Assembly (NCBI GenBank): GCA_002269645.1
Contig: NIVC01002818.1
Coordinates: forward strand, 44,229-108,228
Length of the DNA stretch: 64,000 bases
DNA from: Macrostomum lignano
Taxonomy: Eukaryota
Reading direction: 5' to 3'
The position numbers and the translations under genes are program-made. Under the pieces are notes generated by a model that ran no database searches, had not been told where the DNA came from, and was given only the letters and a program-made list of their open reading frames with translations. Each line of letters opens with the position of its first letter. Positions within the stretch are counted from its first letter, which is position 1. Positions 1-11,017 of the stretch are shown one piece after another.

Positions 1-446
1 TTAACCTCGCAGGGATGCGTGCCGGTATCAGAGAAGCCGTGCAGGTAGTGCATGTGCTGGATCAGTTTGATGTGGTGGTTGAACAGGTTGACGCCGTCGC
101 ACAGATGGCAGCGCAGCAGCTTAGTGTGTTTGGCCATGACGTGGGCTGTCAGCTCGCGCAGGATGCCGTCGCTCTCGGCTACTTTGATGCGTCGCCGTCT
201 GCTGCCACCGCCACCGCAGTTGAAATCGTCAGCGCCACTCCGAGTGTCAGAGTCGGAGCAGAACGGGCAGCTGACGGGGTTTTGAGCAGGTTGAAAATCA
301 GTAACTCGAAATTTACAAATCTGCAAACAGACAGAGGCAGGCAGACAGACAGGCAGATAGACAGACAGACAGACAGACAGACAGGCAGACAGGCAGATAG
401 ACAGACAGACAGACAGGCAGACAGACAGACAGACAGGAAGGCAGGC

Positions 447-477
<31 letters not shown>

Positions 478-3400
478 GACAGACAGACAGGCAGACAGAC
501 AGGCAGACAGACAGGCAGATAGACAGACAGACAGACAGACAGGCAGATACAGACAGGCAGACAGGCAGACAGACAGACAGACAGACAGACAGGCAGACAG
601 ACAGACAGAGAGACAGACAGGCAGACAGGCAGGCAGGCAGGCAGGCAGACAGAAAAACACTCAGTGTCACAAACCCGGCGGCGGGCTGCACGCTGGCACA
701 GCAGAGCACCACGAAGGCCACGCAGCGGGTCAGATCGTAGGGCAGCAGCCGCCAGCGCAGCAGGTCCGGGCAGCCGAGGCCCCGCTCGTGCAGCTGGTCG
801 AAGTCCAGCAGGCCGGGGCGCAGCGGCTCCGTGGTTGGCGGCAGCCGCAGGTCCGGGGCGGCCCGCTTCAGCAGGGCGTGCACCCGGCGCACCCGCTTGT
901 CGCAGAACTGTGCGTAGCCGAGCAGCAGGAACAGGTCCACCCGGCGGCCGCGCTGCCGCCGCTGCTCCGGCAAGTCCTCGTCCTCCGCCTTCTCTTCCGC
1001 GGCTGAGGTTGGCGGCTCCACAACCAGCAGCAGGCGGAGGTTCGGCCACGGCCGGGCCAGCCAGAGGCCTTCGAACTGGCGGTCGGAGGTGCTGGCCAGC
1101 AGGCCGGAGACCAGCTCGTTCAGGCGGTAGTCGGCCAGGGCCCGCTGGGAGCTGCGAAATGGAAACATATGCACATGGGGTCACTGAGCTGCTGATCAAG
1201 GAGGGCAGTCGAAAAGGTGCAAGACGATGAAATTGATGGAGTTGATGAGCGAGGTGCAGAGATGATGAAGATCGGTGCGGATGTTCCTTGCCAGTCTGGC
1301 GAGTTGAGAGGTGGCATGGCACGGATGTTTGGGGATGGGAACCAAATTCAGGCCACGTGATTTCGTCGTGATTCCACCCATCTCCGGATGGTCAAGCGCC
1401 TGGAACTTCCTCAAGGAAGGCTCGTTATCATTGCATGGCGGCTGGCGCAGCGTTTTGCGTTACCTGCTGCAGTAGGGGGGGAGGACTCACGACTAAAAGG
1501 TCGGGGGTTCGATTCTCGACCCACTCAGAACAATTTGTGTCCTTGAGCAAGACACTTAACTCTGCATTGCTCTACTCAAGATCTGCTGTTTTACACTTGA
1601 TGAGATTTGATGAGATCCGGCATTGATAGAAGACTAACCCTTACCTGAACTCCTCCACGCTCAGTGGCGCGGCCGGCTCCTCGTCACCTGAGGAGCCGCC
1701 GACTTCCTCGCCGTCGCCCTCTTCATCCTCGTCGTCGTTGTCATCTTCGTCCGCCGCGCCGCCGTGTCTGTCGCGACGTCCACCGAAGCCAAGGCCGAAG
1801 TCGAGGCCTTCAAAGCTGCCAGCAGCTCCTCCGCCAGCAGCCTCGACGCCGCCTTCGGATTCGTGCCGCCGGCGCTGCTGCAGCCTCAGCAGCTGCTTCT
1901 CGTCATCGAATCCGTAGCTTGCCGCCGAGCCCGCAGCGGCGTCGGGATTGTCGAAGCAGTCGAAGCCGGCATCAAATTCGTCCCACTGCTCGGGAGTGGC
2001 TGAGGAGGCCTTCACGTTCAGCATGGCGAGCAGCTTGCCGAACACCGAGGCTCCGCCGGTGCCCACGATAGCGTCGGCGTCGGAAGCGGCAGAGACAGCG
2101 GCGGTGTCGGCAGTTTCTACTGCTGCTGCAGCGGCGGTGTCGGCAGTTGCTGCTGCTGCAGCGCCGCAGTAGTCGGTGTCGACGAGGTCGGGCTGCTCCT
2201 TGACGAGCTGATCGACAGCCGCAGGCGAAGGTTTCGACGGCTGCTGCTCTGGCTGTAGAACTGCATCAAAGGATCAGAGAGCAGTACTGCTTGGATTGAT
2301 GCGGAGAACTGGGGGGGGGGGTTGAGAAAGCAAAATGGGAATTAGGACAGACTATGAGGAATTAGAGAATACAAAAAGGGATCTGAAGAAACTACTAGGG
2401 GATTTCTGTGACTATAAATGGGGATCAGTGGCTTTAGATGGGGATCAGTGGCTACAGATGGGGATCAGTGGCTACAGATGGGGATCAGTGGCTATAGATG
2501 GGGATCAGTGGCTATAGATCAGTGGCTATAGATGGGGATCAGTGGCTATATATGGGGATCAGTGGCTATAGATGGGGATCAGTGGCTACAGATGGGGATC
2601 AGTGGCTAAGCGGGCAAGTGAGCAGGGAGATCTCCGGCCACTCACTCGGCTCCTCAACTGTCAGCACCTCGTGCCGCTCGGCACGGACATCGACCAGCTC
2701 CACGGGCCGGAAGCCGGGCGGCGGCCTGCCGAAGCGCATGCCCAGCAGGCGCCTGTAGGGCTGCTGCATGAGGAAGGCGCGGCCTTCAAGGAGGCCACCG
2801 GATTCGTCCATCAGGCTGTCCAGCTGCCGCATGTAGGCGTCAGAGACTACGCAGAGGCCGCGAACGGGCCACCTGGCCTGGTCCATGGTGGCGAAGGTGG
2901 CCGGGTCATCCGCCAGGTACTTGCCCCAGGTGGTGGCGCCGCGGGGCAGCGTCATGGCCGAGCCCACCTGCGGCAGGCGGTCGCAGCCGGAGGCCGGCTC
3001 GAACAGCTCGCGGCAGAACTCGAACGAGCAGGTGAGCATGGACAGGTAGACGGAGCTCGGGTCAGACGACTCGGCAGCGGCCAGCCCGGCCAGAAGGCGG
3101 CGGTCCCTGTCCGACGGGCGCTGCCTGGCGAACCTGGCCAGGAAGCCGGGCTTCGGGCGCACCAGGCCGCGCCGATGCAGCAGCAGGCTGGTGAGGTTCA
3201 GCGGCGCCCCGGCCGAGGACGGCGCCGTTGACGGCTCGGACAGTCGGCGCCGGATGTCCGAGTCGTCCGGACAGCAGGTGAGGGAGCCGAGACTGCGCCG
3301 GATGTAGCAGTCGGGGGGCACCGGCTGCACTGCGTTGGGGCCGCGCTGCTGCGATGACGGCGAGCGGCGGCGGCGTCGGCGGCGAGGCTGCGGCATCTCC

Positions 3401-3486
3401 TGAGAGGATGAAGCGTCGCCTGCGGGGGCAGCTGCGGGCTCGGGGGGCGGCTCAGCTGGCTGCTCTTCGTCCTGGTCTGACGACAT
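1..3486 (-). CDS. Uncharacterised multi-exon protein with C-terminal C2H2-type zinc fingers (3'-partial, runs off the window start)
   Basis: Exons: 3486-2646 (ATG; donor GTGAGT at 2645), 2260-1645 (acceptor TGCAG, donor GTAAGG), 1151-~671 (acceptor TTTCGCAG; donor uncertain) and 320-<1 (acceptor TTTGCAG). The first two junctions are phase-consistent with the long GC-rich ORFs. The last exon reads ...CPFC...LTAHVMAKH...CHLCDGVNLFNHHIKLIQHMHYLH with no stop. Confidence 0.72.
326..652 (+). repeat. (GACA)n/(GGCA)n microsatellite in an intron
   Basis: Directly visible tetranucleotide run; it generates the spurious RQTD and SVCL ORFs. Confidence 0.97.
1437..1620 (+). mobile_element. tRNA-derived SINE with CORE-like central domain, intronic and antisense to the host gene
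   Basis: A-box-like TGGCGCAGCG (1443), B-box GGTTCGATTCT (1506), then TGTGTCCTTGAGCAAGACACTTAAC (1536-1560), which resembles the CORE/MIR-type SINE domain; short GATGAGAT repeat tail. Confidence 0.65.
2419..2607 (+). repeat. 20-bp minisatellite (GATGGGGATCAGTGGCTAYA), about 9 copies, in intron 1 of the zinc-finger gene
   Basis: Direct tandem periodicity. Confidence 0.95.
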
Positions 3487-3490
3487 TGCG

Positions 3491-3506
3491 CTGCGGGAAG
3501 GAGGAG
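3491..3506 (-). promoter_or_regulatory. 3' splice acceptor 4 nt upstream of the zinc-finger gene ATG
   Basis: Minus strand reads CTCCTCCTTCCCGCAG|CGCA-ATG. Confidence 0.6.
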
Positions 3507-3513
3507 GCGGCTA

Positions 3514-3735
3514 ATGACGATTGCAGATAGGCTAATGGTGATTCCAGATAGGCTAATGGTGATTCCAGATAGGCTAATGGTGATTTCAGATAGGCTAATG
3601 GTGATTTCAGATAGGCTAATGGTGATTCCAGATAGGCTAATGGTGATTCCAGATAGGCTAATGGTGATTCCAGATAGGCTAATGGTGATTCCAGATAGGC
3701 TAATGGTGATTCCAGATAGGCTAATGGCGATTGCA
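3514..3735 (+). repeat. 21-bp minisatellite (GATAGGCTAATGGTGATTCCA), about 10 copies
   Basis: Direct tandem periodicity; explains the DRLMVIP and SPLAYLE ORFs. Confidence 0.97.
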
Positions 3736-3951
3736 AATTGGCTAATGGCGATATTGAACGGGCTAACACAGATTTTACAAGCATATTTAGCTAATTTGAA
3801 TTCTATTGAAAGCTACTGAATCTGCTAGACTGGCCATAAAAGCTGGAATTGAACATCCTGAATGAGTAACAAGACTAAATAGAACAAAGACAGCACGGTG
3901 GTAGGCAAGGAGCCTAATGAAGAATCCTATTTGTATTAATAATTATATATA

Positions 3952-3957
3952 TTTATT
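3952..3957 (-). terminator. Candidate polyadenylation signal of NDUFB9
   Basis: AATAAA on the minus strand in AT-rich sequence about 225 nt after the stop codon. Confidence 0.45.
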
Positions 3958-4180
3958 TAGTATGGTTTCCACCGCGTACAATCGAATACGCAGTCGTTAA
4001 TAGCTAAGATGGTAAAGAATTTCCTGTTTTTCTTAAATCTACATTTTTAAGCTACTAGAAGTAGTCAGGTGGATTATTAGACACTCTTAGCCTACATAAA
4101 AGAAACTAAGCGATCTGATACGTTGGAGGGGAACTGTTGGTATCCAGCGCAGTCATCCGCACACACTGGGAGCTGGCCAG

Positions 4181-4657
4181 TCAGCCCATCGGCCCCGTCC
4201 ACTCGCCGGTGTCCCTGGCGTCTTGGCCGTATTTCTGGTGCCAGCGCTCGATGTACTCCTTCTTGCGCTGCTCCCGCCTGGCAAAGTAGTCCGGGTACTG
4301 CGCCTTCTCCAGCGGGTGCCACAGGTCCAGAAGCGCGTCCGGGTAGTACTGCCAGCGGCCGAAGGCCACGCCGCCGGGGTCGTTGGGCCAGCGGAAGGGG
4401 AAGTAAGACTTCTTGGCCTGCAGCTCCGAGTAGGCGGACTCCAGCAGAGCCTTGGCCTTGATCGGGTCCTCAACTTCGCGGTTCTCGTCGAAGCGCTGGC
4501 GCAGCAGCACGGCGTGGTAGCGGTAGTCCAGGCGCTCGTGGTGCTTGGCCCGCACCTCGTATAGGGCGGCCTTGTACAGCCGGCACACCTTCTGCGCATG
4601 CGACAGGTAGCTGGTGCGCAGGTAGGCTGGGAGCGGCGGACCGGGGAGGGTCGGCAT
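4181..4657 (-). CDS. NDUFB9: NADH:ubiquinone oxidoreductase subunit B9 (B22, LYR family), 158 aa, CDS uninterrupted
   Basis: SHAQKVCRLYKAAL (LYR motif as LYK), YRYHAVLLRQRFDEN, F.WPNDPGGVAFGR, and LDLWHPLEKAQYPDYFARREQRKKEYIERW are characteristic of NDUFB9. Confidence 0.95.
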   Translation of the reverse strand: MPTLPGPPLPAYLRTSYLSHAQKVCRLYKAALYEVRAKHHERLDYRYHAVLLRQRFDENREVEDPIKAKALLESAYSELQAKKSYFPFRWPNDPGGVAFGRWQYYPDALLDLWHPLEKAQYPDYFARREQRKKEYIERWHQKYGQDARDTGEWTGPMG

Positions 4658-4745
4658 GGCTGCTCAGCTGAGTCTACTGCCGATTGCTCTTTCAGCTTGG
4701 ATAACTGCTAGGGCTGGGATCCGAGTGCGGCAGCCGCTGCTGCTG

Positions 4746-4760
4746 CTGCAGGTGGAGAGA
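4746..4760 (-). promoter_or_regulatory. 3' splice acceptor 88 nt upstream of the NDUFB9 ATG
   Basis: Minus strand reads TCTCTCCACCTGCAG|CAGCAGCAG, immediately after the 1.1-kb minisatellite. Confidence 0.55.
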
Positions 4761-4767
4761 TGTGGTT

Positions 4768-5925
4768 GATCTATCAGGTGTGGTATGGGGTCTATCAGAT
4801 TGCAATACGGGATCTATCAGATTGAGGTATGGGATCTTCAGATTGGGGTATGGGATCTATAAGATTGCGGTATGGGATCTTCAGATGGGGTATGGGATCT
4901 TATGATTGGGGTATGGGATCTTATGATTGGGGTATGGGATATTATGATTGGGGTATGGGATCTTATGATTAGGGTATGGGATTTTCAGATTGGGGTATGA
5001 GATCTATCAGATTGGGGTATGGGATCTTCAGATTGTGGTATGGGATCTTCAGATTGGGGTATGGGATCTTCAGATTGAGGTATGGGATCTTCAGATTGGG
5101 GTATGGGATCTTCAGATTGGAGTATGGGATCTTCAGATTGAGGTATGGGATCTTCAGATTGGGGTATGGGATCTTCAGATTGGAGTATGGATCTTCAGAT
5201 TGGGGTATGGGATCTTAAGATTGGGGTATGGGATCTTCAGATTGAGGTATGGGATCTTCAGATTGGGGTATGGGATCTTCAGATTGGAGTATGGGATCTT
5301 CAGATTGGGGTGTGGGATCTTCAGATTGGGGTATGGGGTCTTCAGATTGGGGTATGTGATCTTCAGATTGGGGTATGGGATCTTCAGATTGGGGTATGTG
5401 ATCTACAGATTGGGGTATGAGATCTATCAGATTGGAGTATGGGATCTTCAGATTGGGGTGTGGGATCTTCAGATTGGGGTATGGGGTCTTCAGATTGGGG
5501 TATGGGATCTTCAGATTGAGGTATGGGATCTATCAGATTGGGGTATGGGATCTATCAGATTGAGGTATGGGATCTATCAGATTGGGGCATGGTATTTATC
5601 AGATGGGGTATGGGATCTATTAGATGGGGTATGAGATCTTCAGATTGGGGTATGGGATCTTCAGATTGGGGTATGGGATTTTCAGATTGGGGTATGGGAT
5701 CTTCAGATTGGAGTATGGGATCTTCAGATTGGGGTATGGGATCTATCAGATTGAGGTATGGGATCTATCAGATTGGGGTATGGTATTTATCAGATGGGGT
5801 ATGGGATCTATTAGATGGGGTATGGGATTTATCAGATGGGGTATGGGATCTATTAGATGGGGTATGGGATCTATTAAATGGGGTATGGGATCTTAAGATT
5901 GGGGTATGGTATCTGTCAGATTGGA
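4768..5925 (+). repeat. ~21-bp minisatellite (CAGATTGGGGTATGGGATCTT), about 55 copies
   Basis: Direct tandem periodicity with variant units. Confidence 0.97.
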
Positions 5926-6434
5926 TAAAACAACTGAAGCAATTAGGTAAATAATAAAAGTGAGCTCAAGCAGTAGGACGAAGCACTGTTAGAATCGACC
6001 TATTATTAAATCTATGCATATCAGTGCTAAAATGTACGAGCTAATGTAATCAGTAGTCTGGCTGGACAAAAATTGAATAAAATTCGCATAGACGTCAGCC
6101 AGAAGGCGGACAAGACTGTACAATGCCGGGATAGCGCCACAAACTGCCTATGGTAGAAAACGAGTCGCAGTATCATTATAATAAAAGACACGGGTTGGCT
6201 GTAAAGGCGAAACGCCGCAATGAAGCATGGCTGCAGTGGACTAATGGCAGCCGCACATGCTACTCACAGTAATATTAGCAGCATATATGCATAAAACGAG
6301 AAATAACAGCGTATAGCAGTTTAACAACAGGATACAATGTTACAGCTCGGCAGGGCGAACAGGGTAAAACTGATAATAGGTCAATATTGAAGCTCCATCA
6401 ACTAAAACGTTTTGTGTGGATTCAGCATTCTGGG

Positions 6435-7076
6435 ATCTGGGAGATTTAAATCCCAAACTGAGGATCTGGGAGATTTATATCCCAAGCTGAGGATCGGGGA
6501 GATCTATATTCCAAGCTGAGGATCTGGGAGATTTATATCCCAAGCTGAGGATCTGGGAGATTTATATCCCAAGCTGAGGATCGGGGAGATCTATATCCCA
6601 AGCTGAGGATCTGGGAGATTTATATCCCAAGTTGAGGATCTGGGAGATCTATATCCCAAGCTGAGGATCGGGGAGATCTATATTCCAAGCTGAGGATCTG
6701 GGAGATTTATATCCCAAGCTGAGGATCTGGGAGATTTATATCCCAAGCTGAGGATCTGGGAGATTTATATCCCAAGTTGAGGATCTGGGAGATCTATATC
6801 CCAAGCTGAGGATCGGGGAGATCTATATTCCAAGCTGAGGATCTGGGAGATTTATATCCCAAGCTGAGGATCTGGGAGATTTATATCCCAAGCTGAGGAT
6901 CTGGGAGATCTATATCCCAAGCTGAGGATCTGGGAGATCTATATCCCAAGCTGAGGATCGGAGAGATCTATATCCCAAGCTGAGGATCTGGGAGATCTAT
7001 ATCCCAAGCTGAGGATGCGGAAGATCGATATCCCAAGCTGAGGATGGGGAAGATCTATATCCTAAGCTGAGGATCC
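6435..7076 (+). repeat. 29-bp minisatellite (CCCAAGCTGAGGATCTGGGAGATTTATAT), about 22 copies
   Basis: Units recur every 29 nt (e.g. 6481, 6510). Confidence 0.97.
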
Positions 7077-7146
7077 AAAAAATAATATTTCCAAATGGGA
7101 TCTCGGATATCTGGTGTCGCCACATCACATTTCTGTTCGACTCAGA

Positions 7147-8388
7147 TCAGCCGTCGTCGGGCCTCTCCCCGCCGGCCGAGGCCTCGCCGTCCTCGTCCTC
7201 ATCGGACTGCATCCTGGCCCTGAGCACGGCCTCGAACTCGTTGTAGTGCATCTTCCGCTTCAGCCGGAACTGCCGCCGGCGCTCTCGCTCAGCGGCGTCC
7301 AGCAGCTCGTCCTCGGCGTCCAGGTCGTGCAGGTCGGCCGGGCCGCCGAAGCCGCGTCGATTCGGCGAGGCAGACTCGCCGCCGCCAGCAGCAGCCACGG
7401 CACCGGCATCGCCGTCCTCAGCAGCCGCGGCCTCCTCGAGACGCTCCATCAAAGCGTCTGGCGACACGGCGTCGGTGAAGCTGGTCCGGCGCTGCTGCGG
7501 CTGCTTCGCCGGCTGCTCGGAGGCCGCCGGGCAGCTCCTCGAGTCGGCGTCGCCTTCGTCGCCGCTGGCAGTCGAAGCCGCGTCGCTGGACAGCGCCGGC
7601 TCGTAAGGGGTCGGCGCTTCGTCCACCTGCCGGGGCGGTGATGCACAGATTCATCTAGATCCCAGATTTACCTAGATCCCATACAGATTCACCTAGATCC
7701 CATACAGATTCACCTAGATCCCATACAGATTCACCTAGATCCCATACAGATTCACCTAGATCCCATACAGATTCACCTAGATCCCATACAGATTCACCTA
7801 GATCCCGTACAGATTCACCTAGATCCCATACTGATTCATTTAGATCCCATACAGATTCACCAAGATCCCATACAGATTCATCTAGTTCCTATAGACCCTC
7901 TCAGATCATAATACAGATTCCACCGATTCCTATACCCTCTCCCAAATCCCGTAAGAATCCCTCAGATCCGATACAGATTTCCCGGATCCTATAGATTTCC
8001 CAGAATCTTAGAACTTCTCAGGCCCTAAAGATTGCTCAGATCTCAGACTACACTGATCTTATAGATTCCCCAGATCCCATTTTACCTTTATCTTATAGAC
8101 TGCTCAGACCCTATGGAATCTTGTGAATTCCCAGGCACTACACACGTGACATAAGCCGACGCCCACCTTCATGTGCCCATAGTCCTTATCCGCAGGATGG
8201 TAAGTCTTCAAGATGTTCATTTCGTCCCACTGGAACTCTTTCCTGGCGTCGGTGTCATCAGAGTTGCCGATAGCGGCAGCAGAACTGGCAGCTTCCTGAC
8301 TGTCCTCGTGCTCATCAGTGCTGATGGATTTGCACTTGAGGATGCCCTTCTTTGGCCGGGCATTCAGCGGCGGCGGGCTGTTTGACAT
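7147..8388 (-). CDS. PPP1R2: Protein phosphatase 1 inhibitor-2 (IPP-2), 2 exons, about 233 aa
   Basis: Exon 1 8388-8167 (donor GTGGGC) joins exon 2 7626-7147 (acceptor CCGGCAG) in phase 0. Motifs KKGILK (SILK/GILK), [33 protein letters not shown] and [12 protein letters not shown] are IPP-2 hallmarks. Confidence 0.95.
7646..7885 (+). repeat. 21-bp minisatellite (CAGATTCACCTAGATCCCATA) in the PPP1R2 intron, about 11 copies plus degenerate units to ~8085
   Basis: Direct tandem periodicity. Confidence 0.95.
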
Positions 8389-8446
8389 CTGACTGATTGA
8401 CAATGACAGGGGAATGACAGCTGGAATGCCAGTCAGCAGGGTGACA

Positions 8447-8466
8447 CTGCAGCAATTAGTAAGGAG
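8447..8466 (-). promoter_or_regulatory. Branch point and 3' splice acceptor 58 nt upstream of the PPP1R2 ATG
   Basis: Minus strand reads CCTCCTTACTAATTGCTGCAG| (TACTAAT branch-like motif), preceded by a long AT-rich tract. Confidence 0.55.
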
Positions 8467-9804
8467 GATGAAATCAACATCAACTTGCGTAGAGGTAAAA
8501 ACAAGCGTGAGCTTACACTGCTACTCGTATATAATTTCATAATGCTTCACTACCATGAAAACCTGTTTATATACTAAGAATATGATTAATATGCTGTGCT
8601 TAATTTCTAATTTTACTTTTAACCTAACCAAATTAATCAATCACGAAATGCATATTTATGCTAGCCATGTGATATTAAAGAGCAAGATTGAGAATAAAAG
8701 TGGAATTGTATTGAAATTATCACAATATAATCCAAAAGTACAATGTCAGCTCAAATAATCTCTTATACATTGTTGATGCACTTAAATCCTAATTTGCTTT
8801 TTGGTGCCCTAGAGTGATTTTTGCCTTTATGGCTAACTTTTTATATACAAGTAAAATATTAATACTTTATTTAAATACAAAACTGATAGGTCTATATTAT
8901 TTTATTAAACATGCCTATTAGTAACAGCAATTTTTTAATTCCAAACTTTCTACCAAATGTTAAATTTGTAGACCCCAAAATGTTATAAGGCCAAGAAAAT
9001 GACTGACATTAAATTGGGCAAGATCAAACCAAAAATAAACAAAAAACCAAGAGTAGGCTAAGGTTGATACTTAACAACTAAGATTATTATAATTTATACT
9101 TAAAAATAACTATAAATGCCATGGTTTTCAAATATCAAAGTCACTAAAATATTAGTAATGTTAATTACAATTGGCTAATTTACCAGGTAAAATGATTGCT
9201 AGAAAATTATAAAATTGAAAATCTATATGATAGCTGAGTAGCATTACATTAGCCTAGCTAAAGATGGGAAGAAACTGAAATTTTTTAACCAATTCAATTT
9301 GATTTAAATATCTGACAATCAATTCAAATATCAGATAATACTAAATATGGTTATATCAGTGAATAACATCTCTTTGGTGGCCTTTAACCAATAGGCCATC
9401 ATCTTTACTTCTTGTTCAATGAAAATGCATTTACCCCTCTAAGTTTATGGGAATTAGCACCTCCAAATCCATGCTCAACTTGATTCCTAATCTTTCACTT
9501 TTCCTTAAAGCTTCAAATCTAAATACAATTTACATGCAACTGCTTTTAAATCACCCCTGCCTTTCCTTAAGACATGCTATGTATTATCATTTCCTTAATT
9601 TTCTCTCCATATTTATGAGCCACAAGCTGTCCAAAACCCCTAGCACTTCACTTTGGTCTTTTACTCTTCAAAATCAAACTTCTCAGCCCTCTACTCTTTC
9701 TAAAGCCTTTTTAAATCTTAACACAAAATGATTTATTGTTATATCTCTAATCAAAAATGCGACTTACATGTAAAAAAACCCAAAAGCAAAATCAACGCAA
9801 CCTT

Positions 9805-9868
9805 GGGTAAACGGCAGGAGTAACTATAACTGTCTTAATAAGCCAAAATGTCTCGTCAGCTACTTAGT
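9805..9868 (+). other. Decayed 28S rRNA fragment (R2 insertion-site region), copy 1
   Basis: GGGTAAACGGCAGGAGTAACTATAACTGTCTTAATAAGCCAAAATGTCTCGTCAGCTACTTAGT compared with eukaryotic 28S GGGTAAACGGCGGGAGTAACTATGACTCTCTTAAGGTAGCCAAATGCCTCGTCATCTAATTAGT. No other rDNA in the flanks. Confidence 0.8.
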
Positions 9869-10344
9869 ACTACTACTTGGGTGTTTTTTCGGGTGGGCAT
9901 TTTTGCGACTTCCTTGGTTGGCCGCCAAATCGGTCGGCCAGATCGGCCGACTCGGCCGACTGTTGCGCATGTATGTCTCTAATCCTTTTGCCTTTCCTCA
10001 TAGCACAACTATCCCTAATTCTTTTCCTTCATTTATAAGCCACAACATCAATACTTTACTCTTAATTTGTTTCAAATAATCTTTCCACATCAAAGCAATT
10101 ATTTGGCATTTTCTTGTAGATTGTCAACTTTTTCATTCCAATTTGAACCAAATATTCTAAATATTCATCCTATCTCTAAACCTAGCATAGGCCTACCTAT
10201 TTATTGATAAAACAATATCTAAAATTGTTTTTTATTTCTAGAATATAAAAACCATATAACACTTTTAGAAAGAAGAAAGAGAAAGAAAAGAAAAGAAAAA
10301 AAAGCAAAAAATCATATACAAAGTGAAAATTAAGTTGCAATTGG

Positions 10345-10487
10345 AAGAACTAAGTTGCAATCAAGAGGAACTAAGTCACAATCAGGAGGAACTATATCAC
10401 AATTTGGAGGAACTAAGTCACAATCAGGAGGAACTACGTCACAATTTGGATGAACTAAGTTGCAAATCTGAACAAAACTAAGTTGCA
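10345..10487 (+). repeat. Degenerate short tandem repeat with GAACTAAGTYRCAAT core
   Basis: About 7 imperfect recurrences of the core. Confidence 0.7.
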
Positions 10488-10733
10488 CCAGACGGGTGAA
10501 ATTTTAAGGTTGGGCATGTAAGTATATTCCCACATTTACACAATATTGATTCAAAGTTGGAGCCAAAATACACGTAAACTTCTATTTAAAATAGAAAAAT
10601 TATGCAATTTTTTAAAATATATACCAATGGTGTTTTTCTCTTTGTTGTATTATCCAAAATGGCATAAAAACAGGACAAAACAATGATCTCATTTCCAGCT
10701 CTTCCTACAACTCCAGTAATGGCACTGATTTTT

Positions 10734-10797
10734 GGGTAAATGGCAGGAGTAACTATTACCACTGTTTTGTAAGAAAGTGATTTGTCATCTAATTAGT
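10734..10797 (+). other. Decayed 28S rRNA fragment, copy 2
   Basis: GGGTAAATGGCAGGAGTAACTAT...TTTGTCATCTAATTAGT; both ends match the same 28S segment and the middle is scrambled. Confidence 0.65.
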
Positions 10798-10954
10798 CAA
10801 GTTGATTTTAATTTTACCATCAAGTTTCATTGCATTGGGCATTATGTGTTTATAAGCATGTATGTACATGAATACACTTGGCTATATGGCTTATTTTTTA
10901 TCGTAAAAGCAACTTAACTATGAAAGAAGAATAAGCAAAGTTAATGTAATGTTT

Positions 10955-11017
10955 GGGTAAATGGTAGGAATAACTATAACTGTATTATAAGGGCTAAATG
11001 CCTTATCAGCTAATTAG
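10955..11017 (+). other. Decayed 28S rRNA fragment, copy 3
   Basis: GGGTAAATGGTAGGAATAACTATAACTGTATTATAAGGGCTAAATGCCTTATCAGCTAATTAG, followed by the same non-rDNA tail as copy 1 (TACTACTT...TGGGCATTTTTGC...CCTTGG). Confidence 0.7.

Noticed and set aside
15-660. ORFs 15-452, 313-660 and the 3' half of 179-1174 as proteins
   Set aside because: They are translations of the GACA microsatellite or antisense to the real exon.
3452-5954. Repetitive ORFs (DRLMVIP, SPLAYLE, GYGIFRL, VWDLQIG, MGSSDWG) as repeat proteins
   Set aside because: They are frame-cycling products of 20-21-bp minisatellites in introns or intergenic DNA, with no splice or codon support.
4745-8167. PPP1R2 exon 1 to NDUFB9 fusion protein by exon skipping
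   Set aside because: Joining the phase-0 donor to the 4745 acceptor hits a stop after 17 codons.
9805-11017. Functional rRNA gene or group I intron
   Set aside because: Only ~64-nt degenerate pieces with no surrounding 28S sequence and no recognisable intron core.
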